Shown here: positions 16,166 through 24,667 of the stretch, piece after piece
How the letters are laid out: each line of letters opens with the position of its first letter
Position numbering within the stretch: position 1 is the stretch's first letter
From: Armatimonadota bacterium
GTDB taxonomy: Bacteria > Armatimonadota > Hebobacteria > CAIYQO01
Assembly (NCBI GenBank): GCA_038248345.1
Contig: JBBRXO010000014.1
Location: 1-38,967, forward strand
Reading direction: 5' to 3'
DNA: 38,967 nt
The notes under the pieces: generated by a model
Seen by the model: only the letters and a program-made list of their open reading frames with translations
What the model was told of the DNA's origin: nothing
Databases searched by the model: none
Made by a program: the position numbers and the translations under genes

Positions 16166-17974
16166 TTAAACCGAGACGTACTCGCAGTCTTGCCGTCGGT
16201 CGTGTACGAAACAGCTTTGTTGGATAGTCTTGCACTGTTTCTTTACTTCGGTGGCGCGTTTGGCTACGGCGTGGTAGCCGTTGAACGGGCCGTTATGCTC
16301 GGTAATGACGGCTATTGATATTGAGATGAAGGGGAACTTCTCCGCCCGCCCGCGCCGATTTATCGAGGTGATGTATCCTTGTTGCTGGTGTTCTTCATCA
16401 TAGAATTCACGCACTAGGCTATCAAAGTCGGCGATCAGGGCCGCTAAAGTATCTTCTGGTAATGACGCATTCAACACCACCACATAATCATCTCCCCCGA
16501 TATGACCGACAAAAGCATCGGGGAAATCATGATTATTGAAGGTTTTTAGCAGCAGATTAGCAGTCATCCGCAATACTTCGTCGCCACGGTCAAACCCATA
16601 GGTGTCATTATAGGCTTTGAAATTATCGAGATCGAGATAGAGTACGACGAAAGGAGATGCGTCACTTACCGCGTGTTCAATCTCCTGTTGAATCATGGTA
16701 TTCCCCGGCAACCCGGTGAGCGGGTTCGCGTATTTGGCCCGCTGCATCCCCATTTCTGTCATCTGCTCCAGTAGCTCGCTCACAGTAACAATGCCAAAAT
16801 ACATCCCGTTATTACTCACCAGGATATGATCATAGACGCTGTTCGCTTCGCGTTGCATGGCGAGAAAAGATACCTCTTCCAACGGATCATTTATATCAAC
16901 GATCAACGGTGATGTCGTCAATAGATGCTTGATCGGGCGACTGCTGTAAAGAGAATAGCCGTATTTTTGTCCGAGAAGGCTGAAGAATTTGTCACGCATG
17001 GCCAAGCCAACAGGTTTTCCATCATTGGTAATCGGTATTGCCTGTTGTTGTGGATTCTGCGAAAAAACCAGCTCTACTTCGCTGAAGAGGGTTGTTGACT
17101 CGCAGGATTCTTTGACTCGGCAGACATCCCCGACAGTCTTGGTGGAATTACGTAGTAGACGAAGCGCCAGCCGCGCAGTATGCAACTCACGCAATTGATT
17201 GTATAAGGGGGTACTGGGTAACCCCAGATCAGTTGCTGGCTTGCCGAGATGATACCCCTGGCCATACTCAACGCCGAGATCGATCAAGGCGAGTAAATCA
17301 AGCTCCTTCTCGATACCTTCAGCGATAAGTCTCATCTCAGTCGCGCGGGCGAAATTCACGGTGAACTTCACCAGTTGCTGCTTGAAAGGGTCTTTGTGGA
17401 TATCCTGCATCAACGACATATCTAACTTGATGAATTTCGGGCGCATTGTACAGACCAGGCTCAGGCTGGAATACCCTGCACCTACGTCATCCATAGCCAA
17501 ACCGAAACCCTGATCGCGATAATGCTCCAGCATAGCGCTGAATTCCTGGTGGCTGTCGATAGCGCTGCGTTCGGTTATCTCCAACACCAGTTGCTCGATC
17601 GGCATTCCCATTGCAGTCAGTTGACACTTCGTCATCCCCTCACGAAAACGGGGATCTGCGATGACGTGTGGGTTCACGTTGATGAATAACAAGTGATCAC
17701 TGCCCATGACGGCGAAACGTTTAATTGCCAGGCGACGGCAGGTATACTCCATCTCCCATACTTTGCCCAGTTGCTCGGCCATCTGGAAGAGAACAAAAGG
17801 ATCTTCAAATTTAGAGCTGATCGGCCCACGCGACAACGCCTCATAGCCGATTACCGTCCCTTTACGCAAGGAGATAATCGGCTGAAACATGGTTCTAATG
17901 TCTTCGTTTATCAACACTGCATTGAACTCTGCAGCCAAAGATGCGTGAGAAACTTCTCTGATAGATGTTGTCAT
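16166..17974 (-). CDS. EAL-CBS-GGDEF c-di-GMP phosphodiesterase/diguanylate cyclase
   Basis: EAL domain: FQPI, GYEALSRGP, LFINVNP, LEITE, AMDDVGAGYSSL, IKLD, IAEGIE, QGY. Then a CBS pair. GGDEF domain: ANPLTGLPGN, DLDNFKAYNDTYG...GD, GHIGGDDY. Confidence 0.93.
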   Translation of the reverse strand: MTTSIREVSHASLAAEFNAVLINEDIRTMFQPIISLRKGTVIGYEALSRGPISSKFEDPFVLFQMAEQLGKVWEMEYTCRRLAIKRFAVMGSDHLLFINVNPHVIADPRFREGMTKCQLTAMGMPIEQLVLEITERSAIDSHQEFSAMLEHYRDQGFGLAMDDVGAGYSSLSLVCTMRPKFIKLDMSLMQDIHKDPFKQQLVKFTVNFARATEMRLIAEGIEKELDLLALIDLGVEYGQGYHLGKPATDLGLPSTPLYNQLRELHTARLALRLLRNSTKTVGDVCRVKESCESTTLFSEVELVFSQNPQQQAIPITNDGKPVGLAMRDKFFSLLGQKYGYSLYSSRPIKHLLTTSPLIVDINDPLEEVSFLAMQREANSVYDHILVSNNGMYFGIVTVSELLEQMTEMGMQRAKYANPLTGLPGNTMIQQEIEHAVSDASPFVVLYLDLDNFKAYNDTYGFDRGDEVLRMTANLLLKTFNNHDFPDAFVGHIGGDDYVVVLNASLPEDTLAALIADFDSLVREFYDEEHQQQGYITSINRRGRAEKFPFISISIAVITEHNGPFNGYHAVAKRATEVKKQCKTIQQSCFVHDRRQDCEYVSV

Positions 17975-18087
17975 AACGCCTTAACCAATAATCTTTTCCA
18001 CTACTGATAACAGTGTAATCGCGTTATGATACGAAATGATTAAGTGATTGTGAAGATCATGATAAGACGTTGAAGAATCGACTGTAG

Positions 18088-18116
18088 TTTACGCATTAGC
18101 CAGCAAAAGGTATAAT
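18088..18116 (+). promoter_or_regulatory. Putative sigma70 promoter of ktrBA
   Basis: TTTACG, 17 bp, TATAAT. The ORF-track ATG (18115) lies within the -10 box, so the true start is further downstream. Confidence 0.55.
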
Positions 18117-18135
18117 GCCGCGGGAGCAATTATTT

Positions 18136-19563
18136 ATGCCGGATAGTCGGTTTTTAGCGACAACAATTACAGCAGGGGGCCGGTCGGGAATGGGGCTACT
18201 ACGGTTGCGCCCGATTCGCATAGTGACATTGGTGTTTTTTGCCCTTTGTTTGCTGGGAGCGGGGCTGTTGCAATTGCCCGCTGCACAGGCTCCCGGGCAT
18301 ATCATACCGTTGCTGGACTGCATCTTTACCGCAACCTCTGCCGTCACCCTCACCGGACTGGTCACCGTAAGCACGGCGGATAGTTGGTCGCTCTTCGGGC
18401 AGTGTGTATTGCTCTTCCTTATGCAAATTGGTGGGCTGGTCATCATCATCGCCGCTACTAACATCGGGTTACTCCTCGGGCTGCGCATTGGGTTGCCGAA
18501 AAAGATGCAGGTTGTTGATGCGCATGGCTCTTTTGGCTTCCTTCATGCGTGGCGAGTGGCTAAATATGTGGCGGGGTCAACGCTGATATTGGAGTTCCTT
18601 GGCGCGGTTGCGATAACGATACGGCTGGCGCAGAATTATCATCTCCCGTGGGGAGAGGCTTTCTTTTCCGGTATATTCTACTCCGTTTCCGCTTTTTGCA
18701 ATGCCGGTTTTACCCTAACGCCAGGTTTTGCTGGTATGCAAAGTTACTTTGGCGACATGCCGCTCCTGGTGATTATCGCCATGCTGGTGCTCCTCGGTGG
18801 GTTGGGGTTTGGCGTTTATATGGAACTGTTCCATTGGCGTCCCCGCCGCCGTCTAAGCATGCAGGCGAAGGTAGTGCTGGCTGCGGCAGCGGTGCTGGTA
18901 CTGTTGGGGGCGGCGCTAATTATCATGCTGGAAGGGCACAATGCAGCGACTATGGCGGGGTTGTCCTCTCCCGAGCGGCTATTTTACGCTGTATTCCTCT
19001 CGATTACCGCGCGCACCGGTGGCTTTTCGCCTTTTGATATGATGGCAGTTTATCCAACCACCTGGCTCATTCTCTGTGTGCTGATGTTCATCGGAGCCGC
19101 TCCGGGAAGTACGGGGGGCGGTGTCAAAACCACCACTATCGCTACCATTGCGCTGGCAATCCGCACCCTGATGCAGCGAAAAGAGGAGATTGAAGTCTTC
19201 GGACGGCGCATTAGTGGCACACTAGTACGGTTGTCGTTGTCGCTGATGACGATCTACGCACTGGGCATCTTACTGATGATTATTGCCGTGAGTATGAGCG
19301 AGATTACGCTTCGCACCAGTCTACCGCCGAATATGGATGTGCTTGATTATCAGCTCAAGTTGGTGTTTGAGGTAATCTCCGCCTTCACTAATACCGGTTT
19401 CACCACCGGCATCACCCCGATTTTGCTGCCTGCCACGCGCTGGCTGCTCATCATCGCAATGTTTCTCGGGCGCGTTGGCCCACTGGCATTTGTCTATGTC
19501 TTCGCACGGCGCAAAGCGCCAACCCTGCGTCATCTACCGGAAGAACCGATGATGGCGGGGTAA
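18136..19563 (+). CDS. ktrB: Ktr/Trk potassium uptake membrane subunit (KtrB/TrkH)
   Basis: Four pore-loop motifs: FTATSAVTLTGL, SVSAFCNAGF, ITARTGGF and EVISAFTNTGFTTGIT. Also MFIGAAPGSTGGGVKTTT and MFLGRVGPL. Start uncertain (18136 or 18190). Confidence 0.92.
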   Translation: MPDSRFLATTITAGGRSGMGLLRLRPIRIVTLVFFALCLLGAGLLQLPAAQAPGHIIPLLDCIFTATSAVTLTGLVTVSTADSWSLFGQCVLLFLMQIGGLVIIIAATNIGLLLGLRIGLPKKMQVVDAHGSFGFLHAWRVAKYVAGSTLILEFLGAVAITIRLAQNYHLPWGEAFFSGIFYSVSAFCNAGFTLTPGFAGMQSYFGDMPLLVIIAMLVLLGGLGFGVYMELFHWRPRRRLSMQAKVVLAAAAVLVLLGAALIIMLEGHNAATMAGLSSPERLFYAVFLSITARTGGFSPFDMMAVYPTTWLILCVLMFIGAAPGSTGGGVKTTTIATIALAIRTLMQRKEEIEVFGRRISGTLVRLSLSLMTIYALGILLMIIAVSMSEITLRTSLPPNMDVLDYQLKLVFEVISAFTNTGFTTGITPILLPATRWLLIIAMFLGRVGPLAFVYVFARRKAPTLRHLPEEPMMAG

Positions 19564-19569
19564 TGTATC

Positions 19570-19657
19570 AGTTCCAAGTTCCTAGTTCCTAGTTCCTAGT
19601 TTCAGGACTGACCTAATGATAAATGCGCATTCGTAGGTAACTAGAAACTAGAAACTA
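19570..19657. repeat. Inverted heptamer-repeat element between ktrB and ktrA
   Basis: About 4.5 copies of AGTTCCT at 19570-19603, and about 2.5 copies of the near-complementary AACTAGA at 19639-19657. Confidence 0.8.
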
Positions 19658-19676
19658 TTCTCTGTAGGAGGTCAAT

Positions 19677-20330
19677 ATGGGCATTTTGAATATAATGGTT
19701 ATAGGCATGGGTAGTTTCGGGGAGAGCCTGGCGTTGGAGTTGACGGAGCTGGGCCACGATGTGCTGGGGGTGGATGCGGATGCCAATGTAGTGCAACGCA
19801 ATGCCGTCGTGCTTACCAATGCAATCCAATTGGACGGCACTGACCGCGAAGCGATGCGCACGCTGGATATCCATAGCTTTGACGTCTGTATTGTGGGGCG
19901 TGGTACCGATCTGGAAGAGAGCGCACTCATTACCTTGCACTTGAAAGAGCTGAAAGCGCGCATGATTATCTGCAAAGCGATGAGCGACGCTCAGGCGTTG
20001 ATATTGCAGCGCATCGGCGCCGACCAGGTTATTATGCCCGAGCGCGACATGGGCAAGCGACTGGCGCATATGATCAGTACCAGTACGAAGACGCTGGACT
20101 ACATGGACGTCACCGGCGATTACAGCATCGAGGAGATCGTCGCCCCGCGCGGCTGGCTGGAACGCGAGCTGAATGACCTGCAACTGCCGGTACGCTATGG
20201 CCTGCAAGTACTGCTAGTCCGCTCCGGGGAGAAATTCACCACCTCCCCCAGCGGCAACACCGTTATCCATGGCGGCGACATCCTGGTAGTATTCGGGCAT
20301 AAACGGAAACTGGCGCAGTTTAAGCGGTGA
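19677..20330 (+). CDS. ktrA: Ktr/Trk potassium uptake RCK regulatory subunit (KtrA/TrkA)
   Basis: Rossmann motif VIGMGSFG, GHDVLGVD, IGADQVIMPERDMG.RLA, a TrkA-C domain and an AGGAGG RBS. Confidence 0.93.
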   Translation: MGILNIMVIGMGSFGESLALELTELGHDVLGVDADANVVQRNAVVLTNAIQLDGTDREAMRTLDIHSFDVCIVGRGTDLEESALITLHLKELKARMIICKAMSDAQALILQRIGADQVIMPERDMGKRLAHMISTSTKTLDYMDVTGDYSIEEIVAPRGWLERELNDLQLPVRYGLQVLLVRSGEKFTTSPSGNTVIHGGDILVVFGHKRKLAQFKR

Positions 20331-20367
20331 CGCCTAATCGTAAGCTCAGTAGCTACAGGGAAATGGA

Positions 20368-20396
20368 TTGACAGGTCACGACTTTGGTACTAAAAT
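20368..20396 (+). promoter_or_regulatory. Sigma70 promoter of the toxin-antitoxin operon
   Basis: TTGACA, 17 bp, TAAAAT. Confidence 0.8.
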
Positions 20397-20414
20397 AGCC
20401 ATAAACATACACTT

Positions 20415-20449
20415 TTTTGTACAAAATACATGTTGTTACGTACAAAAAA
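20415..20449. promoter_or_regulatory. Putative antitoxin operator (TGTACA-type palindromes)
   Basis: Perfect palindrome TTTTGTACAAAA (20415-20426), ACATGT (20428-20433), and CGTACAAAA with its core 21 bp from the first. TGTACA is the known core of E. coli yefM-yoeB operators. Confidence 0.65.
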
Positions 20450-20524
20450 GCCGTGATCTATGGATATTTATGTCCATAATGTGGAATACAGATTAGAGAA
20501 GGATCCATTTACTGGGAGGGTTAG

Positions 20525-20800
20525 TTGATGATTAATGCTACGATAGGGGAATTGCGCGGTAGTTTGGCCGATTATGTGGATAAGGTGGCGCAGAACAAAG
20601 AGCGGATAATTATCACCAGGCATGGTCGTGATGCCGTAGCCATCGTTCCACTTGTCGACCTTCAGTTTATTGAGCGCATAGAACGACAGATCGATGAAGT
20701 GATCGCCCATGCAGCCCTTGCGGAAGTTCTCGAAAAAGGCGTTATAACCTGGGAGGAAGCAGCCCGCCGCCTTGCTTCTCAACAGTCCGTAGACCGATAA
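20525..20800 (+). CDS. Phd/YefM-family antitoxin
   Basis: NATIGELRGSLADYVDKV...KERIIITRHGRDAVAIVPL is the Phd N-terminal DNA-binding pattern. Tail GVITWEEA..RL; GGAGG RBS. Confidence 0.88.
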   Translation: MMINATIGELRGSLADYVDKVAQNKERIIITRHGRDAVAIVPLVDLQFIERIERQIDEVIAHAALAEVLEKGVITWEEAARRLASQQSVDR

Positions 20801-20843
20801 GGAGAGTCCCGATGAGCCTCTTCAATATTGACCAGCCGCAAGT

Positions 20844-21137
20844 ATGATGCTTCATATCTTGCTACTCGCGCCGCCAGCAATGCGGAAACTAGAGATAGTT
20901 TCCGCTCTTGATTGTGCTGACTTATGCCGTGAATTGCCAGCGCTAGCATTGCAAGCGGCTGATATTGCGGTTGATTTCGAGGGTGGCGCGCTACGTTTCC
21001 TGGAACTACGTGATAACAGAAACCGTCTGCGATTTCGGGTAGTATATTTGATTGACTCTGCAAATAGAACGGTAACGGTGTTAAATATCATTGATGCAAA
21101 AGAATGGAAACACCTGATACAAAAGCAAAGAATCTAA
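20844..21137 (+). CDS. Divergent RelE/ParE-like toxin
   Basis: Lies downstream of a Phd antitoxin. N-terminal HILLLAPPAMRKLE and C-terminal RFRVVYLIDSANRTVTVLNI resemble the RelE YRIVY.ID....V.VL pattern. Confidence 0.6.
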   Translation: MMLHILLLAPPAMRKLEIVSALDCADLCRELPALALQAADIAVDFEGGALRFLELRDNRNRLRFRVVYLIDSANRTVTVLNIIDAKEWKHLIQKQRI

Positions 21138-21196
21138 CCCGTGAGTTTTAACCACAAAGGCTTAAACCTGAGCTGGGCTGCGCTAAGTTTTTTATT

Positions 21197-21327
21197 GCCG
21201 GGATTTAAATCCGGTTGCTAGGCATTAAAATGTCCGTCGTTCGTTTACTTGGACTACCTTCGGGCAGAAAAGTCCGCGTAGGCGGACGACCGGCCGTAGG
21301 CCATGCAGCCGGGACTTTAGTCCCCGC
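21197..21327. repeat. REP-like hairpin cluster
   Basis: gccgggatttaaatccgg at the left; gtccgcgtaggcggac, ggccgtaggcc and gggactttagtccc at the right. Confidence 0.6.
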
Positions 21328-21452
21328 ATAATCATTATGGTTGCGTAATCACCTCAAAGTTCACCTATCGCTTGTCGCCTTACCACGCTTGCATGTACAA
21401 TATGGCGTAATAGCGCTGGAGGACGGCGCGTCTATTTTTGTGAGGTATTGAA

Positions 21453-22943
21453 ATGGCTTTGACCAATATTCCTGAAGTTAAACTGGCTATCGTGGGTGTT
21501 AGCCGCGACTGTTTCCCGGCGGAGTTGACGCGGGCACGCATGAAGGCGCTGGTGAGTGCGTGTGCGGCGCTTAACGTAGCGGTTACCCCGTGCGCCACCG
21601 TCATTGAGAATGAGAAGGATGCCGTGCAGGCGCTGGCTGAGGCGGAAGCCGCGGGGGCTAACGCCGCCGTGATCTTCCTGGGCAACTTCGGTCCCGAAGG
21701 CCCGCTGGCGATATTCGCGCAGCGCTTCAACGGCCCGGTGATGGCAATTGCCGCCGCCGAGGAGAGCAAAGACACGCTTATCGGGGGTCGCGGCGACGCC
21801 TATTGCGGGATGCTCAACGCCTCCTACAACTTCGCGCTGCGCAACCTCAACGTCTTCATCCCGCAGATGCCGGTGGGGCTGCCGGAAGAGCTAGCCGCGA
21901 AGATCGCGCACTTCACCAACGTGGCCCGCGTGGTTATCGGCGTGCAGAACCTGAAGGTATTCGGCTTCGGCCCGCGCCCGCATGACTTTTTTGCCTGCAA
22001 CGCCCCCATCAAGCCGCTCTACAACCTGGGCGTCGAGGTGATGGAGAACAGCGAACTCGACCTGCTGCAGCTTTATCAGGCGGTGGATATTGACGATGCT
22101 GAAGTGCTGGCGGTGGCCGCTGATATGGCCGCTGAACTGGGCGCAGGCAACACCTACCCCGACCTGCTAGTGAAGCTGGCGCGCTTTGAAGTGGCGCTGG
22201 TGCGCTTCTATAATAACAACCTGGGCAGCCGCCAGTTCGGCGTCTTCGCTGACAAATGCTGGCCAGCTTTCGAGGCCGCCTTCGGCTTCGTGCCCTGTTT
22301 TGTCAACTCCAGATTAGCCGCGCGCGGCATCCCGGTGGCTTGTGAAGTCGATCTCTACGGCGCGGTGAGCGAGTACATGTGCGTCCTCGCCGCCCAGGGC
22401 CCGGCAACATTGCTCGACATCAACAACACCGTGCCTAATGACCTCATCGGCGACAATGACCTGAAGGGCGCCGCCCCGGTAGACCTCTTCATGGGCTTCC
22501 ACTGCGGCAACACCGCCAGCTGCTGTATGAAGAATTGCAGCATGAAGTACCAGTTGATCATGAACCGCCTGATGGAAGACCCGACCAAAGAGCCGGACAT
22601 CACCCGCGGCACGCTGGAAGGCCAGCTGATGCCCGGCGCGACCACATTCTTCCGCCTGCAAGGCAACGCCGAGGGGCAACTCGTCAGCTACATCGCCGAG
22701 GGCGAGATCCTGGATATCGACCCGCACAGCTTCGGCGGCATCGGCATCTTCGGCATCCCCAACTTCGCGCGCTTCTATCGCCACGTGCTGGTGGGCAAAA
22801 ACTTCCCCCACCACGGCGCAGTAGCCTTCACCACCTGCGCCGAAGTCCTCTTCGACGCCGTGAAGATGCTGGGAGTATCCGACATCAACACCCCGCTCCC
22901 CAGCGGTGTGCTATATCCGGGAGAGAACCCGTTCGCGGGGTAG
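21453..22943 (+). CDS. L-fucose/L-arabinose isomerase-family sugar isomerase
   Basis: GVSRDCFP, FLGNFGPE, RGDAYCGMLN, KCWP, CEVD..GA (metal Glu), LLDINN (metal Asp), FHCGN and FPHHGAVAF (metal His). GAGG RBS. Confidence 0.88.
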   Translation: MALTNIPEVKLAIVGVSRDCFPAELTRARMKALVSACAALNVAVTPCATVIENEKDAVQALAEAEAAGANAAVIFLGNFGPEGPLAIFAQRFNGPVMAIAAAEESKDTLIGGRGDAYCGMLNASYNFALRNLNVFIPQMPVGLPEELAAKIAHFTNVARVVIGVQNLKVFGFGPRPHDFFACNAPIKPLYNLGVEVMENSELDLLQLYQAVDIDDAEVLAVAADMAAELGAGNTYPDLLVKLARFEVALVRFYNNNLGSRQFGVFADKCWPAFEAAFGFVPCFVNSRLAARGIPVACEVDLYGAVSEYMCVLAAQGPATLLDINNTVPNDLIGDNDLKGAAPVDLFMGFHCGNTASCCMKNCSMKYQLIMNRLMEDPTKEPDITRGTLEGQLMPGATTFFRLQGNAEGQLVSYIAEGEILDIDPHSFGGIGIFGIPNFARFYRHVLVGKNFPHHGAVAFTTCAEVLFDAVKMLGVSDINTPLPSGVLYPGENPFAG

Positions 22944-22947
22944 ATTA

Positions 22948-23012
22948 GCTGGGAGCGCACGCTTCCAGCGTGCCCGTAGACCAGGAGCACGCAGGATACG
23001 TGCGCTCCCAGC
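22948..23012. repeat. Inverted REP doublet between convergent genes (possible terminator or RNA stabiliser)
   Basis: GCTGGGAGCGCACG (22948-22961) and CGTGCGCTCCCAGC (22999-23012) form a perfect 14-bp inverted repeat, each arm with its own internal hairpin. Confidence 0.85.
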
Positions 23013-23017
23013 CCACC

Positions 23018-24232
23018 TCACCCCTCTATTTCACCAGCAGGCTCCCGCTGTTGCCGAGGTTGACGACAACGTCTATCGGGGAATTTTCCGGTGCTGATGA
23101 TTTGGCCGGAGAGGCACCGGCGTTCCCAGGGGATGGGTATCGGGTTGATTCCCCCCCATATCTCCTCCAATCTATCCAGCCAGTGCTCCGCGTTGAAGCA
23201 CTCCGCCACGTATTCGCGCGCGCATGTGCCGAGGGCGGCGCGGAGGTGGGGGTCAGCCAGGCGCGAGAGGGCGATGGCGAGCAGCACCGGATCGCCATAA
23301 TCCACCAGCAGTCCGGTCTCGTTGTCGATGATGGCCTCGGGGATGGCGGAGAAATCGCTGCCCACTGCCGGCAGGCCGGCGCTTAGCGCCTCTACCAGCA
23401 CGTTAGGCAGGCCGTCACGGTCACCATCCGCTGCGGGGATGCTGGGGCAACAGAATACGTCGGCGTAGGCGTACTCTAGCAGCAATTCTTCTTCATTTAG
23501 CCAGCCGGTAAAGGTCACCTGCTCGGTCAGTCCGTGGTTGCGGGTGATCTCTTCCAACTCCGCGCGTAGCGGGCCATCGCCGACGATGCGCAGGATGGCG
23601 GGTATCTCCAGTATCTTCAGCGCGTCCAGCAGTACATGGTAGCCCTTCTTCTCCACTAGCCGCCCCACCGCCAGCAGACGCAGTGGTTCATCGGGGGTAC
23701 GCTGGCGCTCCGGCGCTGGCCGTTCCAGCCAGCTTTGCGGCAGCCCATGATAGATGAGGTGTAGCTTCGTCTCAACGCCAGGGTAACTGGCATTGAGGAA
23801 ATCGAGGTTAGCGCCGGTGCAGGTGACCACTGCGGTGGCCCGCGCCAGCTTCTCCGGCAGCCGCTCCGCCTCCACGTAGATGTCGCGCGCGTGCAGGCTG
23901 AGGAAAAATGGCAACTCGCCCACCGCGTCCAGCGCTACTGTGGAGGGTAGCGAGCCGAAATGCGCCACCACTGCATCTACCCCTAGCTCGGTGAAGCGCG
24001 CGCCCCAACGGCGCGAGAGCGCCGCGTTGGCGGCGTCGCCATTCAACCCGCGCAACACCCGCGCCAGCCCCGTCCAGCCATACTCCACCCCCGCCTCGCG
24101 CCCACTTTCCGGCGCGTAAAGGCTGAAGATATGCACGACATGACCCCGCGCCCGCAACCCCGCGATCTCCCGCGCGATGAACGTTTCCGACGGCTTAGGA
24201 TATATCCCTACCACATATGCCAGTTTCATCAA
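23018..24232 (-). CDS. GT4-family glycosyltransferase (WcaL-like)
   Basis: YPKPSETFIAREI, AHFG, HARDIY, VGRLVEKKG, IVGDGPLR and DGDRDGLPNVLVEAL..GLP. The last ~45 aa are repeat-derived. Confidence 0.92.
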   Translation of the reverse strand: MMKLAYVVGIYPKPSETFIAREIAGLRARGHVVHIFSLYAPESGREAGVEYGWTGLARVLRGLNGDAANAALSRRWGARFTELGVDAVVAHFGSLPSTVALDAVGELPFFLSLHARDIYVEAERLPEKLARATAVVTCTGANLDFLNASYPGVETKLHLIYHGLPQSWLERPAPERQRTPDEPLRLLAVGRLVEKKGYHVLLDALKILEIPAILRIVGDGPLRAELEEITRNHGLTEQVTFTGWLNEEELLLEYAYADVFCCPSIPAADGDRDGLPNVLVEALSAGLPAVGSDFSAIPEAIIDNETGLLVDYGDPVLLAIALSRLADPHLRAALGTCAREYVAECFNAEHWLDRLEEIWGGINPIPIPWERRCLSGQIISTGKFPDRRCRQPRQQREPAGEIEG

Positions 24233-24391
24233 TACATTTTATCCGGTGAACGCAGATAGGTAAAGATGGGAATGTAGCAAATATACGCAATTATTGAGAT
24301 AATCGCAAAACTCAATATGTTGCGAGGCAGGAGTATCGGTTTTCGTGACAAGCTGTCCTCTTAGTAAATGATTTATGGTTACGACGTGGGT

Positions 24392-24419
24392 GTAGGGGCG
24401 CACGTTGGAAACGCCTCTA
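24392..24419 (+). repeat. Degenerate GTAG-type REP hairpin
   Basis: GTAGGGGCGCACGTTGGAAACGCCTCTA, related to GTAGGGGCGCAAGGCTTGCGCCC at 3028-3050 (minus strand). Confidence 0.55.
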
Positions 24420-24667
24420 AATTTTCTGTACAAGTAGCGCGTAAGATGGAAATCACGACCTGATACGGTATCTGCGCATATTTAGTTTGGTTCCGGCTTG
24501 GCATGGCTGGTTAGCATAAACCTATATTCCTGCGATATATCCATGTTAACTGTAATTGTGCTACATATGATACCTCGATGTGAGTAATATCATGCTAACA
24601 TGTTGGTAACAGGTGCCATAGTATGAGATGTGCACACTTTAGTAAGTATTGGATGGATTAAACTTAG

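Noticed and set aside
17975..18135. c-di-AMP (ydaO) or c-di-GMP riboswitch ahead of ktrB or the EAL-GGDEF gene
   Set aside because: The region is short and AT-rich and I could not find the conserved aptamer motifs. An Infernal/Rfam scan would settle it.
24239..24667. 64-aa ORF, sigma54 promoter or structured ncRNA upstream of cgs
   Set aside because: The ORF overlaps a REP and has no motifs, the TGGCA site lacks a correctly spaced GC, and no convincing conserved structure is visible.
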